Shown one piece after another: positions 36,805-45,617 of a stretch of 61,799 nucleotides of DNA. Source of the stretch: Dehalococcoidia bacterium. Its GTDB lineage: Bacteria > Chloroflexota > Dehalococcoidia > Tepidiformales > Tepidiformaceae. The DNA lies in NCBI GenBank assembly GCA_023382755.1, contig JAHDWR010000001.1:1-61799 (forward strand). The letters are read 5' to 3'. Every line of letters begins with the position of its first letter. Position 1 is the first letter of the stretch. A program made the translations under genes and the position numbers. The notes under the pieces are model-generated. The model made no database searches and was not told the origin of the DNA. It saw nothing but the letters and a program-made list of their open reading frames with translations.

Positions 36805-39800
36805 TCACTCATGGGCGATCACAATCCGATAGCTTGCGGCGTGAACTTGAAGCAGGCCAGACGTCTGGAGTTTGCGGAGCTGATCGCCGGTGACGACTTC
36901 TGGTTCCCCATCTGGCCCTTCGAGAACGAGCGCGCGGCCGTCTGGATCCTGAATGCAGCCGTTCCATACCTCGGCTTCGAGCTCAACCGGCTCTTCTTTC
37001 CAACGCACCTCCTTCGACCAGTAGCACTTCTCCAGTGTCCCGTCGGGTGACGTTTCCTCCCAGGGGAACACGGCCTGTGGCACATGTCGCAACAGCATCC
37101 CGTTCGGGTGCCGGAACTGGCCGGCACTATCCGGCTGGTAGCCAAGGCTGCGAGCGAGTCGCTCCATGAGACTTGGGTGCGGTGGTTGTGTGAGCCTTGT
37201 GCGTTGTGTCCGAGTCTCAACACGCGTGGCGTCGTCGGTGCTATCTGTTTCCGGCTCTGCGGAGGGACCATCATCTGCCGGTACCACCAGTGGCGCGGGC
37301 TGCTCGTCGTGGCTGCCGGCATCATCGACAAGCGTTGACTCCGCGGCATGATTCGACGGCATCACGCTCGCACTAGGTCGGAGGATGGACTCGGCCTGGT
37401 CGGCGATCAGCCCCTCTGCACCGGACTCAGCGCTCCCCTGCTCGCCTTCAGGCGCCGGATCGAACTCGAAGTTGGCGTCAAGGTAGTCACGGACAAATCC
37501 TGGGTCGCGCTGATAGCAGAGCCGGATCGTGTCTTCTAGCCCGTAGGGCTCGAAACGGCGCGCTATCTCATCGGTCAGCGGTTTCATGAGCTGGGCCGGA
37601 GCAAGGTTCAGCACGTAGATGCAATCGTCGGCCCAGATAGCCGACGTCGACCTCGGAGTACCGGCGGGCATTCCGTCCAAGTAGCGCTGGGTCTTCAGGC
37701 TATCCACACACAGCACCCGGCTCTCGACCGTGACTTCGGCGAGTTCCCGTACTGCCGCCTGGTGAACCTCGTCGGGGAGCCGGACCCGCGTCAGCGTCTC
37801 GGCGAGGGCGCTCAGCCATGGCTGCGGCAAGTCCCGTCCGGCGCTCGTTTGCTCGCTCAATCGCTCCTCGATGCTCGACGTGAGGGTAGGTAGGTGACTG
37901 AAGGGCTCACCGGCGAGCACGGACGTGCCCAACATCTGAAAGTTAGCGGTCGCGTCCTGGACCCAGCTGAGGAGATCCGCGTAGGTGCCCAGGCTCTGCA
38001 TGCTCGAGGCGAACTTCAGGTCAGACGTGTGGGCGAGTTTCGAACTGAGCGTTAGCCATCGGTCGCATTCAATCCAGACACGCTGTGGATAACGTTGCTG
38101 GAGTGCCCTCACGCGCCTGATTTCTTCTGGCGGAAGGCGCGTCCCAGTCGGAAGGTTGGACAGCCAGCCGAGTGCCATTTCTGCCGTTGGCCGCTCGGCG
38201 ACACCTAGCCGGGACCAGAGGGGGAGGTCCCTGAGTTCGGCCAGCACGAGCGGCGCCTCCGGTGCGTCAGCCTCATCCCCATATCGGAAGGCATTTGCGC
38301 TGGAGACCCAGCCAGCCTCAGTGGTGAAGATGAGGCTCTCGGATGCGAGCGCTTGCTGGAGTTGCGTCAGTTCGACTGCTGGCATCGCAGCAGCTACGGC
38401 GTCCAGCGCCTGATAGAGCTTGCCGAGTTCGATCACAGGGGGTTGCTCTGCGGTGGAAAGTGCCCGGAGCTTGCGGAGAATGATCTCGGCGTTGTTCGGT
38501 CTCGTCCCCACCCCGAGTGCGACAAGCAGCTCACGATTCTGAGGCGTGTCCAGCTCAATATGGACAAACGGCTCGACGCCCTGAAGCGCTTCTGTCTCCT
38601 GCGTTCGACACAGTAGTTCAGAAGGCGTGTGAAGGAAGCCTTTCGTGTCGCGAAGGCAGGGCAGTTCGCGGAGTTTGGCGAGCCAACCCGCCGGAACTCC
38701 CTTTACGGCGAGGCTTCGCCGATAACCGTTCCGCGCGATCTCGGTGACGCGGCATTCGCGCGTCTCGGGCCGGGTCGGGCCCCCGGCGAGGATTCGCTTG
38801 AGAACCCGTTCCCAGACCTGTGGGTCAGACTCCGCGATGGAGTGCCAGTGGGCCCAGAACTGAGCCTCGAAGTCATGGTCTTCCAACCTGAAGTCTGGGT
38901 AGCTGTACGACGGAGACACCGGTTCTCCATGGCCACGCTTGCGAAGCTCCAGCTCGAGGTCGGCCTTGTTCCAATAACTGCGCGGGCGCGGGGCGATCGG
39001 AGGCATACGTTGCAGATGGGCAGAGATCCACTTGTCCCAGTCCGCAGGGGTACACGAGACTCGTTCCCCCGAGTACAACTCGTGCAACACGTGGGAATCA
39101 ACCCATGCCCCTGGGTGGTCACCGGTGATACCACCGTCGGTGTTGTAGACGAGTTCGGTTGGCAGCCGTAGCTGCCTGTCCCGCGTGACAAGGAACGACG
39201 AGGAGGGCGGTGATGCGCCAAGGGCGGCGCCGATCTCGGCGATACGCACCCAGGTTGTGATTCGGGTGTCCTCGCCCCGGGCCGTGAACAGGCCGACGAA
39301 GCGCTCAAACACTTTCGTTGGCGTGCTCGCGGAGTCGAACCCCAACTTAGTTTGGAGGTCGAGCGCGCGCTCGATCTGCGGGATGGCGGATTCGTCTCCG
39401 CTGCTCTCAGCCTTCCTCAGGTAACGGGGCCAGTTCGGGTCCAGCACGTCAACGTATTCGCTGAGGAACTGCCAGTCCTCCTCGCGGTTGAGCAGGCGCT
39501 TGTCTCCGAGGCGCACGAGTTCGGCCGCGGGATGTAGCACAGGCGATCCAGGCACTGGGGACAGGCGAACGCGCCCTCTTGCGTCGCGCCACGCCGGCCC
39601 CCCCAACTCGGGACCAAGGAATGCCCATAGTGCCAGGAGCCTCCGCCACGTCTTCGGCTTAGGGGGTGCGCTCGCCGACAGGCGAGAAGCGACCTTGGAG
39701 CGGTCCCACCAATCAAGATTGAAATAGTCGCGGAGCTTCTTCCTGCCTGCATCGCTCAGCGCATGCGAGACCGGGGATCTATCTTCAACCCCAAGGATCT

Positions 39801-41001
39801 TGGTCACTTCGGCTGTCGACCAGATGTCGAACAACTCCACCGGCAGGACGACGGCCGCGTCCGGCGAGACCAGACCAGCGTTGTCGGCGAGGATACAAGG
39901 CTTGTTGCCCAGCGCATCGAGGAAGGCCTCATGGACGATCGCCCGGCATGCTTCTTCGATGGAGTCGTCACCGCCGGGTGGTTCAACAAGAAGGTCGTAG
40001 GCGCGGGTACGTTCCGCATCTGACAGGTCGCTCCGGTTGAGCCAATCCAACATTGCCTGCGCGGCCAGTCGTCCGGCCCGATCCAGTAGCCAGCGGTTGG
40101 TCGATGAGATGGAGGGGTCTTTGATCTCAACCCGTGCCGGGTCCTGAACAAAGGGGGCGTTAATTGCGAATGGAAGGTCGGGCCGGACCCCGGTGGGCAA
40201 TACAACGAACAATCGTCCTGCGGCTCCAAGGACGAGCGTCACCTCGCAGGGAGGCAGGTCGAAGTCTGAACTCGCTCCCCGTTCGTCACGGACTTCGCTA
40301 ACGGCGTCCTCCGGAAACTCCCCTGGTTCGGAGCGGATGACCAGATACTCAGGTGACCCTCCACCAAGCCCGAGCCATTCAGAGCGCGGGACAGGCCCGG
40401 CACGGTCTCGGTCCCAACTAACTACCGCTCCCTCCACTTCCAACGTGCGGAGCGACTTGAAGAACAGGAAGGAGTAGGCACTCTCTACCCACTCCCGGAG
40501 GTTCTTCTCGACCTCCTTGCGACGACCTTCGTCTTTGAGGTCGACACTGATGATCGTCCGCCCATCCCCAGACGTCGAGCCGTTCCAATGTGGCTCCGTG
40601 AAGCGGTCGCGGTGAAACTCCACTCCTAGGGATGGCGTACTGAGGCGTACGATGTCGCCCAGGCTGAATACGCTCTTGAAGCCGATGCCTCGGAAGCCGA
40701 TCGTGTGTAGGTGCCTCTTGTTCGAGTAGGCGAAGCGACAGAGCGATCGGAAGTGGTCCTCCTCGAAATCCTGGCCATCATGTCCAAACAGGAATCCTTC
40801 CTCGTCGACAGTCACGCTCGCTCTGGTCGCCCCAGCGTCGTCGGCATTCTGGAGGAGTTCGGAGAGCACATGACGGGGACTCTGCACCTGCCGGAAGAGT
40901 TGGTGCCACGGACCGGCAAGATCTGGGTCGGCCTCGAGCTTGTCCCACCGCTCGGCAGCTGCTTTCTTCACGGCTTCGTAGTAGAGCGGCGGCGGCGTCA
41001 T
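36805..41001 (-). CDS. Giant sacsin/NO VEIN-type GHKL (HATPase) protein, 1398 aa
   Basis: N-box HVLSELLQNADDAGATRASV. G-boxes FGHDGQDF and IGFRGIGFKSVFSLG. The remainder has no motif I recognise. An ATGA overlap (40998-41001) links it to the helicase gene. Confidence 0.65.
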   Translation of the reverse strand: MTPPPLYYEAVKKAAAERWDKLEADPDLAGPWHQLFRQVQSPRHVLSELLQNADDAGATRASVTVDEEGFLFGHDGQDFEEDHFRSLCRFAYSNKRHLHTIGFRGIGFKSVFSLGDIVRLSTPSLGVEFHRDRFTEPHWNGSTSGDGRTIISVDLKDEGRRKEVEKNLREWVESAYSFLFFKSLRTLEVEGAVVSWDRDRAGPVPRSEWLGLGGGSPEYLVIRSEPGEFPEDAVSEVRDERGASSDFDLPPCEVTLVLGAAGRLFVVLPTGVRPDLPFAINAPFVQDPARVEIKDPSISSTNRWLLDRAGRLAAQAMLDWLNRSDLSDAERTRAYDLLVEPPGGDDSIEEACRAIVHEAFLDALGNKPCILADNAGLVSPDAAVVLPVELFDIWSTAEVTKILGVEDRSPVSHALSDAGRKKLRDYFNLDWWDRSKVASRLSASAPPKPKTWRRLLALWAFLGPELGGPAWRDARGRVRLSPVPGSPVLHPAAELVRLGDKRLLNREEDWQFLSEYVDVLDPNWPRYLRKAESSGDESAIPQIERALDLQTKLGFDSASTPTKVFERFVGLFTARGEDTRITTWVRIAEIGAALGASPPSSSFLVTRDRQLRLPTELVYNTDGGITGDHPGAWVDSHVLHELYSGERVSCTPADWDKWISAHLQRMPPIAPRPRSYWNKADLELELRKRGHGEPVSPSYSYPDFRLEDHDFEAQFWAHWHSIAESDPQVWERVLKRILAGGPTRPETRECRVTEIARNGYRRSLAVKGVPAGWLAKLRELPCLRDTKGFLHTPSELLCRTQETEALQGVEPFVHIELDTPQNRELLVALGVGTRPNNAEIILRKLRALSTAEQPPVIELGKLYQALDAVAAAMPAVELTQLQQALASESLIFTTEAGWVSSANAFRYGDEADAPEAPLVLAELRDLPLWSRLGVAERPTAEMALGWLSNLPTGTRLPPEEIRRVRALQQRYPQRVWIECDRWLTLSSKLAHTSDLKFASSMQSLGTYADLLSWVQDATANFQMLGTSVLAGEPFSHLPTLTSSIEERLSEQTSAGRDLPQPWLSALAETLTRVRLPDEVHQAAVRELAEVTVESRVLCVDSLKTQRYLDGMPAGTPRSTSAIWADDCIYVLNLAPAQLMKPLTDEIARRFEPYGLEDTIRLCYQRDPGFVRDYLDANFEFDPAPEGEQGSAESGAEGLIADQAESILRPSASVMPSNHAAESTLVDDAGSHDEQPAPLVVPADDGPSAEPETDSTDDATRVETRTQRTRLTQPPHPSLMERLARSLGYQPDSAGQFRHPNGMLLRHVPQAVFPWEETSPDGTLEKCYWSKEVRWKEEPVELEAEVWNGCIQDPDGRALVLEGPDGEPEVVTGDQLRKLQTSGLLQVHAASYRIVIAHE

Positions 41002-44000
41002 CCAGGCTCCCCCGCTCGCGCCAGCAACTCGGCAAAGTCGTAATTCACGCTGGTCACCCCAAAATCCGGCTCCCGGCGAAAAGGCCTGTGCAGATAGTGG
41101 ACGGTGTGACCGCCATCGGGCGCGAACTGCACCATCGCGAGGATGAAGGTCTCGGGCTGATTCAGGGAATAGAGGATCTCGTTGCGGGTCACCGTGACGG
41201 TATCGGCGCCTGCGACGCGTCCTTTGACCTCGATGAAGCGAACGCGCCCGTCATGTCCGAGGCTCTCGATGTCGTAGCCCAGCTTTTCGTGCTCGCGATC
41301 TACTGGCTTGAAGCCAAGCTGCCGCTCAACTTCCATGATGATCGCCCTCGCACGGGCGCCAACGAGCTGCGTATCCACGGCGGCCTGCGCCTCAGAAAGC
41401 TGTCGTCCGGTAAGCCGGGCAACGAGCCCAGCTGGAATCACCAGCACGCCCCCGAGCACCACCGGCGGCAATGGCGAGAGCTGCGCTTCGCGCTTGAGTT
41501 CGGCGAGGCGCTTTTCCAGGCGTGCTTGAAGCCCATCGGCCCGCTTTCGCGCCTCGCTGGAGTTCAGACGTGCATTCGTCTTGCCTGCCTGCTCCTGGAG
41601 CTTGAGGTCGTCTGCCCGGTGATCCCAATGGTTGATTTCCTTCGTCAGGCGTTCCTTCACCGCCGCCTCGGTCTTCCGGATCAGCTCCAACCTCCGGTCA
41701 CGCACCTCCGTGATATGACCGGGTACCACGTTTGCCACCGCGTAGCCGGCAGCCATCTGCTCGAGATCACGCTTGATCCACGCGCACTCGGGCAGGTCGA
41801 GGATCTGCTCGACACCGGGTTCGTCCTCGCGCAGCGGACGGTAGTCGAGGTAGGGGGCGTACTGGAGGCCACGGGCGTCGCCGTTCGGCCCGATTTCGAC
41901 GTAAAGCATCTGCTTCGAGATGACTCGCCGTTCGCCTGCCCTCGTAAGGCTCCCGTCCTGGATAGCGTGCTCAAGGTAGAAGAGCACGCGCGGCTGCTCA
42001 CCGAGGTCACGATCGTCCACGAGTATCGCCCCACGCCGCAGCAGGTCGCGGTGGCGCTCGATCGTCAGGTCAAGTGTTGCATCCAGGAGTGGATGGCCCG
42101 GGCAGACGAACGCCGCCAGGGGTTGGCCTTGGGGTGCGAGGAGCGATTTCTCGAATGCCACCCGTTCGTATCGCGACAGCACCGGCTCGCCGATCCCGAT
42201 GGTGCGATCCCGGTTTCGGATCGGTGCCGGGACGTGCGTGATCTCGAACCGTCGTGATTCACGCTCTCGGATGGTCCCGCCGAGGCGCCGAAACGCTTCA
42301 AGGAAGAACGATTCGATGTAGTTGGGCTGCAACCTCCGCGCCTCCGCCCGCTCCATGTCCTCGCGGATCTTGTGCACGCGTGCCGCATCCATGCTGTCCT
42401 GCGCGAGCGCGTTGTCTTCGAGCAGTTCTTGAAGGTGGGTGGGGTCGAAGGCGCTTTCGACTGCCTGCGTGAGGCGTGCCCGCACCTCTGGCCGCTCGCC
42501 GTAGCGGATCGCCTCGACCAGCAGATCGCGAAGCGATGCTCCCGCGAAATGCACCTTGCCGAGAACGTCGAACACTTGCCCGTGCAACGTTCCCCGGGCC
42601 TCTTCGAGCTTTGCGAGAAGCGTACGATACACCTCGCCTTCCCGCGTCTCATCGGCCACGAGATTCCAGAGGTGGCAGACCTCCGTCTGCCCGATCCGGT
42701 GGATCCGCCCGAATCGCTGCTCGATACGGTTCGGATTCCACGGCAGGTCGTAGTTCACCATCAGGTGGGCGCGCTGCAGGTTGATGCCCTCGCCAGCAGC
42801 GTCGGTGGCGAGGAGCACCTGCACGTGTGGATCGTGCCGGAAAGCCTCCTGGGCTTTCAGCCGTTCCTCCCGCCCCATGCTGCCGTGAATTTGGACGATG
42901 GCTTCGCTGCGACCGAGGAGCGTCGAAATTCGTTCGTAAAGATAGGCGAGCGTGTCCCGGTGTTCCGTGAAGATGACCAGCTTCTGGGCAGGCGACGACT
43001 TCGGAGGCTCAATGGCTTGCCCGTCGTAGGGTGCTCGCTCCTCCGCAAAGTGATTCGCGATGGCGGCAGGCGTGAAGATCTCGCCAAGGAGGCTCGATAG
43101 CTCCTTCCATTTCGTGTCTTCACCGCTTCGCCGAACGCTCAGCGCGAGCGACTCGATGCGCTTGAGCGTGTCGATTTCGTGCTGGAGCTCAACAATCGTC
43201 CGGGCGGCGGTCGCCTGGTCGAGGACCTGTTCTTCAGCCGCCTCTACCTCGTCATCCGGAGCGTCATCCAGGTCATCGAGATCGTCTGCGTCCAGGAGTG
43301 GCCCGGCCACGGTCAGCGGTGACATGGCCGCGGCCCCGCGCTGTAGCAGTTCAAGTTCGCGCAGGCGCGCTTCCAACCGTTCGCGTCGCCTCCGTAGCGA
43401 TTCGTGGATGGCAGCGGGAGAGGATGCAAGACGCCGTTGGAGGATCGTGAGCGCGAATCCAACCGTTCCGGTCCGCTTGTCGTTCTGGAGCGCCTCGGCT
43501 CGGTTGAACTCCTCGCGAACGTAGTCGGTGACTTCCTTGTAGAGCCGTGCCTCCTGCTCGGACAGCTTGTACGGCACGGTATGTGCGATCCGCTCCGGGA
43601 AGAGCGGCGTCGCGTCGAACTTGACCAGCTTCTCCTTCACCATCCGGCGCATCAGGTCCGAAGCATCCGATGCGTGCACACCGTCGCGGAAACGCCCTTC
43701 AAAGCGGTCGCTATCGAGCAACGCCATGAACAGCTGAAAATCCGCCTCTTTGCCGTTGTGTGGCGTGGCAGTCATGAGCAGGAGATTCCGAGTCAACGTT
43801 CCAAGGAGCTCACCGAGGTGGTACCGCTTCGTGTACTTCACCTCGCCGTTGAAGTAAGTCGCGGACAGCTTGTGGGCCTCGTCGCAGACGACGAGGTCCC
43901 ACCCGCAGTCGGGTGCCTGGAGTTTCTGCTGAACGTTCTCGTCCCTCGACAGCTTGTCGAGACGCGCGATCACCAGGTCGTTCTCGACGAACCAGTTCCC

Positions 44001-44576
44001 TGTTCGGGCCGCCTCGAGTTTGTCGTTCGTCAGAATCTCGAAGGGAAGGTTGAAGCGGCGGTAGAGCTCGTCCTGCCATTGTTCGACCAGACTGCCGGGA
44101 CAGACGATGAGGCAACGCTTGAGGTCGCCACGGACGATCAGCTCCTTGATGAGCAGGCCAGCCATGATGGTCTTGCCCGCGCCGGGGTCGTCGGCCAGGA
44201 GGAACCGAAGGGGCTGGCGGCGCAGCATCTCCTCGTACACGGCCGTGATCTGGTGCGGGAGCGGGTCCACGAGGGATGTGTGGACGGCGAGGAGCGGGTC
44301 GAAGAGGTGGGCCAGACGGATGCGGTGAGCCTCGGACACCAGCCGCAGCAGGTGTCCATCGCCATCGAAGGCCCACGGGCGTCCAATGTCGGCGATCGCG
44401 ATCCGTGCCTCGTCGTGCCTGTACAACAGCTCGTTGGAGACCTTGCCGGCCGGATCCTTGTAGGTGAGTTCGAGAGCGTCCGACCCAAACCATTGGACGC
44501 CGACCACCGTTACGAGACGATCGGGTAATAGGCCGCTCACCGCGGCGTTCGGTAGGAGTTCCTCAAGCTTGGCCAT
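40998..44576 (-). CDS. SNF2-family helicase with a C-terminal DUF3883-type (restriction-endonuclease-fold) domain
   Basis: LLADDPGAGKTIMAG, VVCDEAHKL, LLMTATPHNG, VLLATDAAGEGINLQ, NPNRIEQRFGRIHRIGQ. C-terminus KLGYDIESLGHDGRVRFIEVKGRVAGADTVTVTRNE. Confidence 0.85.
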   Translation of the reverse strand: MAKLEELLPNAAVSGLLPDRLVTVVGVQWFGSDALELTYKDPAGKVSNELLYRHDEARIAIADIGRPWAFDGDGHLLRLVSEAHRIRLAHLFDPLLAVHTSLVDPLPHQITAVYEEMLRRQPLRFLLADDPGAGKTIMAGLLIKELIVRGDLKRCLIVCPGSLVEQWQDELYRRFNLPFEILTNDKLEAARTGNWFVENDLVIARLDKLSRDENVQQKLQAPDCGWDLVVCDEAHKLSATYFNGEVKYTKRYHLGELLGTLTRNLLLMTATPHNGKEADFQLFMALLDSDRFEGRFRDGVHASDASDLMRRMVKEKLVKFDATPLFPERIAHTVPYKLSEQEARLYKEVTDYVREEFNRAEALQNDKRTGTVGFALTILQRRLASSPAAIHESLRRRRERLEARLRELELLQRGAAAMSPLTVAGPLLDADDLDDLDDAPDDEVEAAEEQVLDQATAARTIVELQHEIDTLKRIESLALSVRRSGEDTKWKELSSLLGEIFTPAAIANHFAEERAPYDGQAIEPPKSSPAQKLVIFTEHRDTLAYLYERISTLLGRSEAIVQIHGSMGREERLKAQEAFRHDPHVQVLLATDAAGEGINLQRAHLMVNYDLPWNPNRIEQRFGRIHRIGQTEVCHLWNLVADETREGEVYRTLLAKLEEARGTLHGQVFDVLGKVHFAGASLRDLLVEAIRYGERPEVRARLTQAVESAFDPTHLQELLEDNALAQDSMDAARVHKIREDMERAEARRLQPNYIESFFLEAFRRLGGTIRERESRRFEITHVPAPIRNRDRTIGIGEPVLSRYERVAFEKSLLAPQGQPLAAFVCPGHPLLDATLDLTIERHRDLLRRGAILVDDRDLGEQPRVLFYLEHAIQDGSLTRAGERRVISKQMLYVEIGPNGDARGLQYAPYLDYRPLREDEPGVEQILDLPECAWIKRDLEQMAAGYAVANVVPGHITEVRDRRLELIRKTEAAVKERLTKEINHWDHRADDLKLQEQAGKTNARLNSSEARKRADGLQARLEKRLAELKREAQLSPLPPVVLGGVLVIPAGLVARLTGRQLSEAQAAVDTQLVGARARAIIMEVERQLGFKPVDREHEKLGYDIESLGHDGRVRFIEVKGRVAGADTVTVTRNEILYSLNQPETFILAMVQFAPDGGHTVHYLHRPFRREPDFGVTSVNYDFAELLARAGEPG

Positions 44577-44810
44577 GCAGTCCCCGCGGTTACATCATAC
44601 GTGGCGGTTCAGCTTCGCTCGCTTTCCGGACAGCAGGTGACGCGGTTCCTACGCCACGTTCGTGTGGTCGGGTGCGTCGGTCGCGCCTGCGGGCCGCCTT
44701 CGGAGGCAAGCTGCCGAGGTGGCCCAGCGGCGCTGGCGCATCCACTCTGATACGCCAGCTTCGATCAGCCCGCAGCGGGCGCTACTCTACAGGCACGGAG
44801 AGTCACCAGC

Positions 44811-45614
44811 GTGAGCGCAGTCCCACCCTTTCCTGATGCCCAGTGTGAGGCGCTTGCCAGGCATCTCGGTGAGTGCGGGAGCGGGACGGACATCACGCGT
44901 GCCTTTCAGACTTGTGGACTGCGTGACACGTCGGGCGAATCCACAAAGTGGAAGCGCTTGTTCGCGGTCTTCATCGCCATTCAGGCCAAAGACCGCTCCG
45001 CTAACCGAATTCTCGCCTTCATCCAGACCTATATGGCTCCTGCCCGATTCGTCGGGCGCAGTGCCGACTTTGAGCAATACCGGCTGGCTCTTAATGTTTG
45101 TCTCGCGTTCGTGGGGCTCGAGTACGGTGCCGACGGACAGTTTCGAGAGCGTGAAGTTGCTCGGACGCTCAACGAGGCAGAGGCTCGCGTTCGAACCATC
45201 CAGTCCAAGTTTCGCGATCGCCGAATGCATCCCGAGGTGCTTAAGTACTGCCGGGCCGAGCTCATGCAGGACAACTACTTCCACGCGGTGTTCGAAGCGA
45301 CCAAAGGGCTGGCGCAGCGAATTCGAGAGACGTCAGGTGTCGAGCTTGATGGGGCCGCCCTGGTAGACAAAGTGTTCTCAATCGATCGCCCGCTTCTCGC
45401 CTTCAATGCCCTGCGGACGGAGACGGAGAAATCCGAGCACAAGGGGTTCGCGACGCTCTTGAAGGGTTGCTTTGCGGCGGTTCGAAACCCGCTCGCACAC
45501 GAACCGAGAATCCTCTGGGATGGAGAGGACGACGCTGCGGACTACCTTTCACTTGTTTCGTTGCTCCACAGAAAGCTTGATGACTGCGTCCCCACCCTTG
45601 GATCCGAGCCGTAG
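44811..45614 (+). CDS. TIGR02391-like HEPN-domain protein (Abi-like)
   Basis: C-terminal LLKGCFAAVRNPLAHEP (R-x4-H HEPN motif) and FHAVFEATKGLAQRIRE. GTG start at 44811. Confidence 0.6.
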   Translation: MSAVPPFPDAQCEALARHLGECGSGTDITRAFQTCGLRDTSGESTKWKRLFAVFIAIQAKDRSANRILAFIQTYMAPARFVGRSADFEQYRLALNVCLAFVGLEYGADGQFREREVARTLNEAEARVRTIQSKFRDRRMHPEVLKYCRAELMQDNYFHAVFEATKGLAQRIRETSGVELDGAALVDKVFSIDRPLLAFNALRTETEKSEHKGFATLLKGCFAAVRNPLAHEPRILWDGEDDAADYLSLVSLLHRKLDDCVPTLGSEP

Positions 45615-45617
45615 TCT

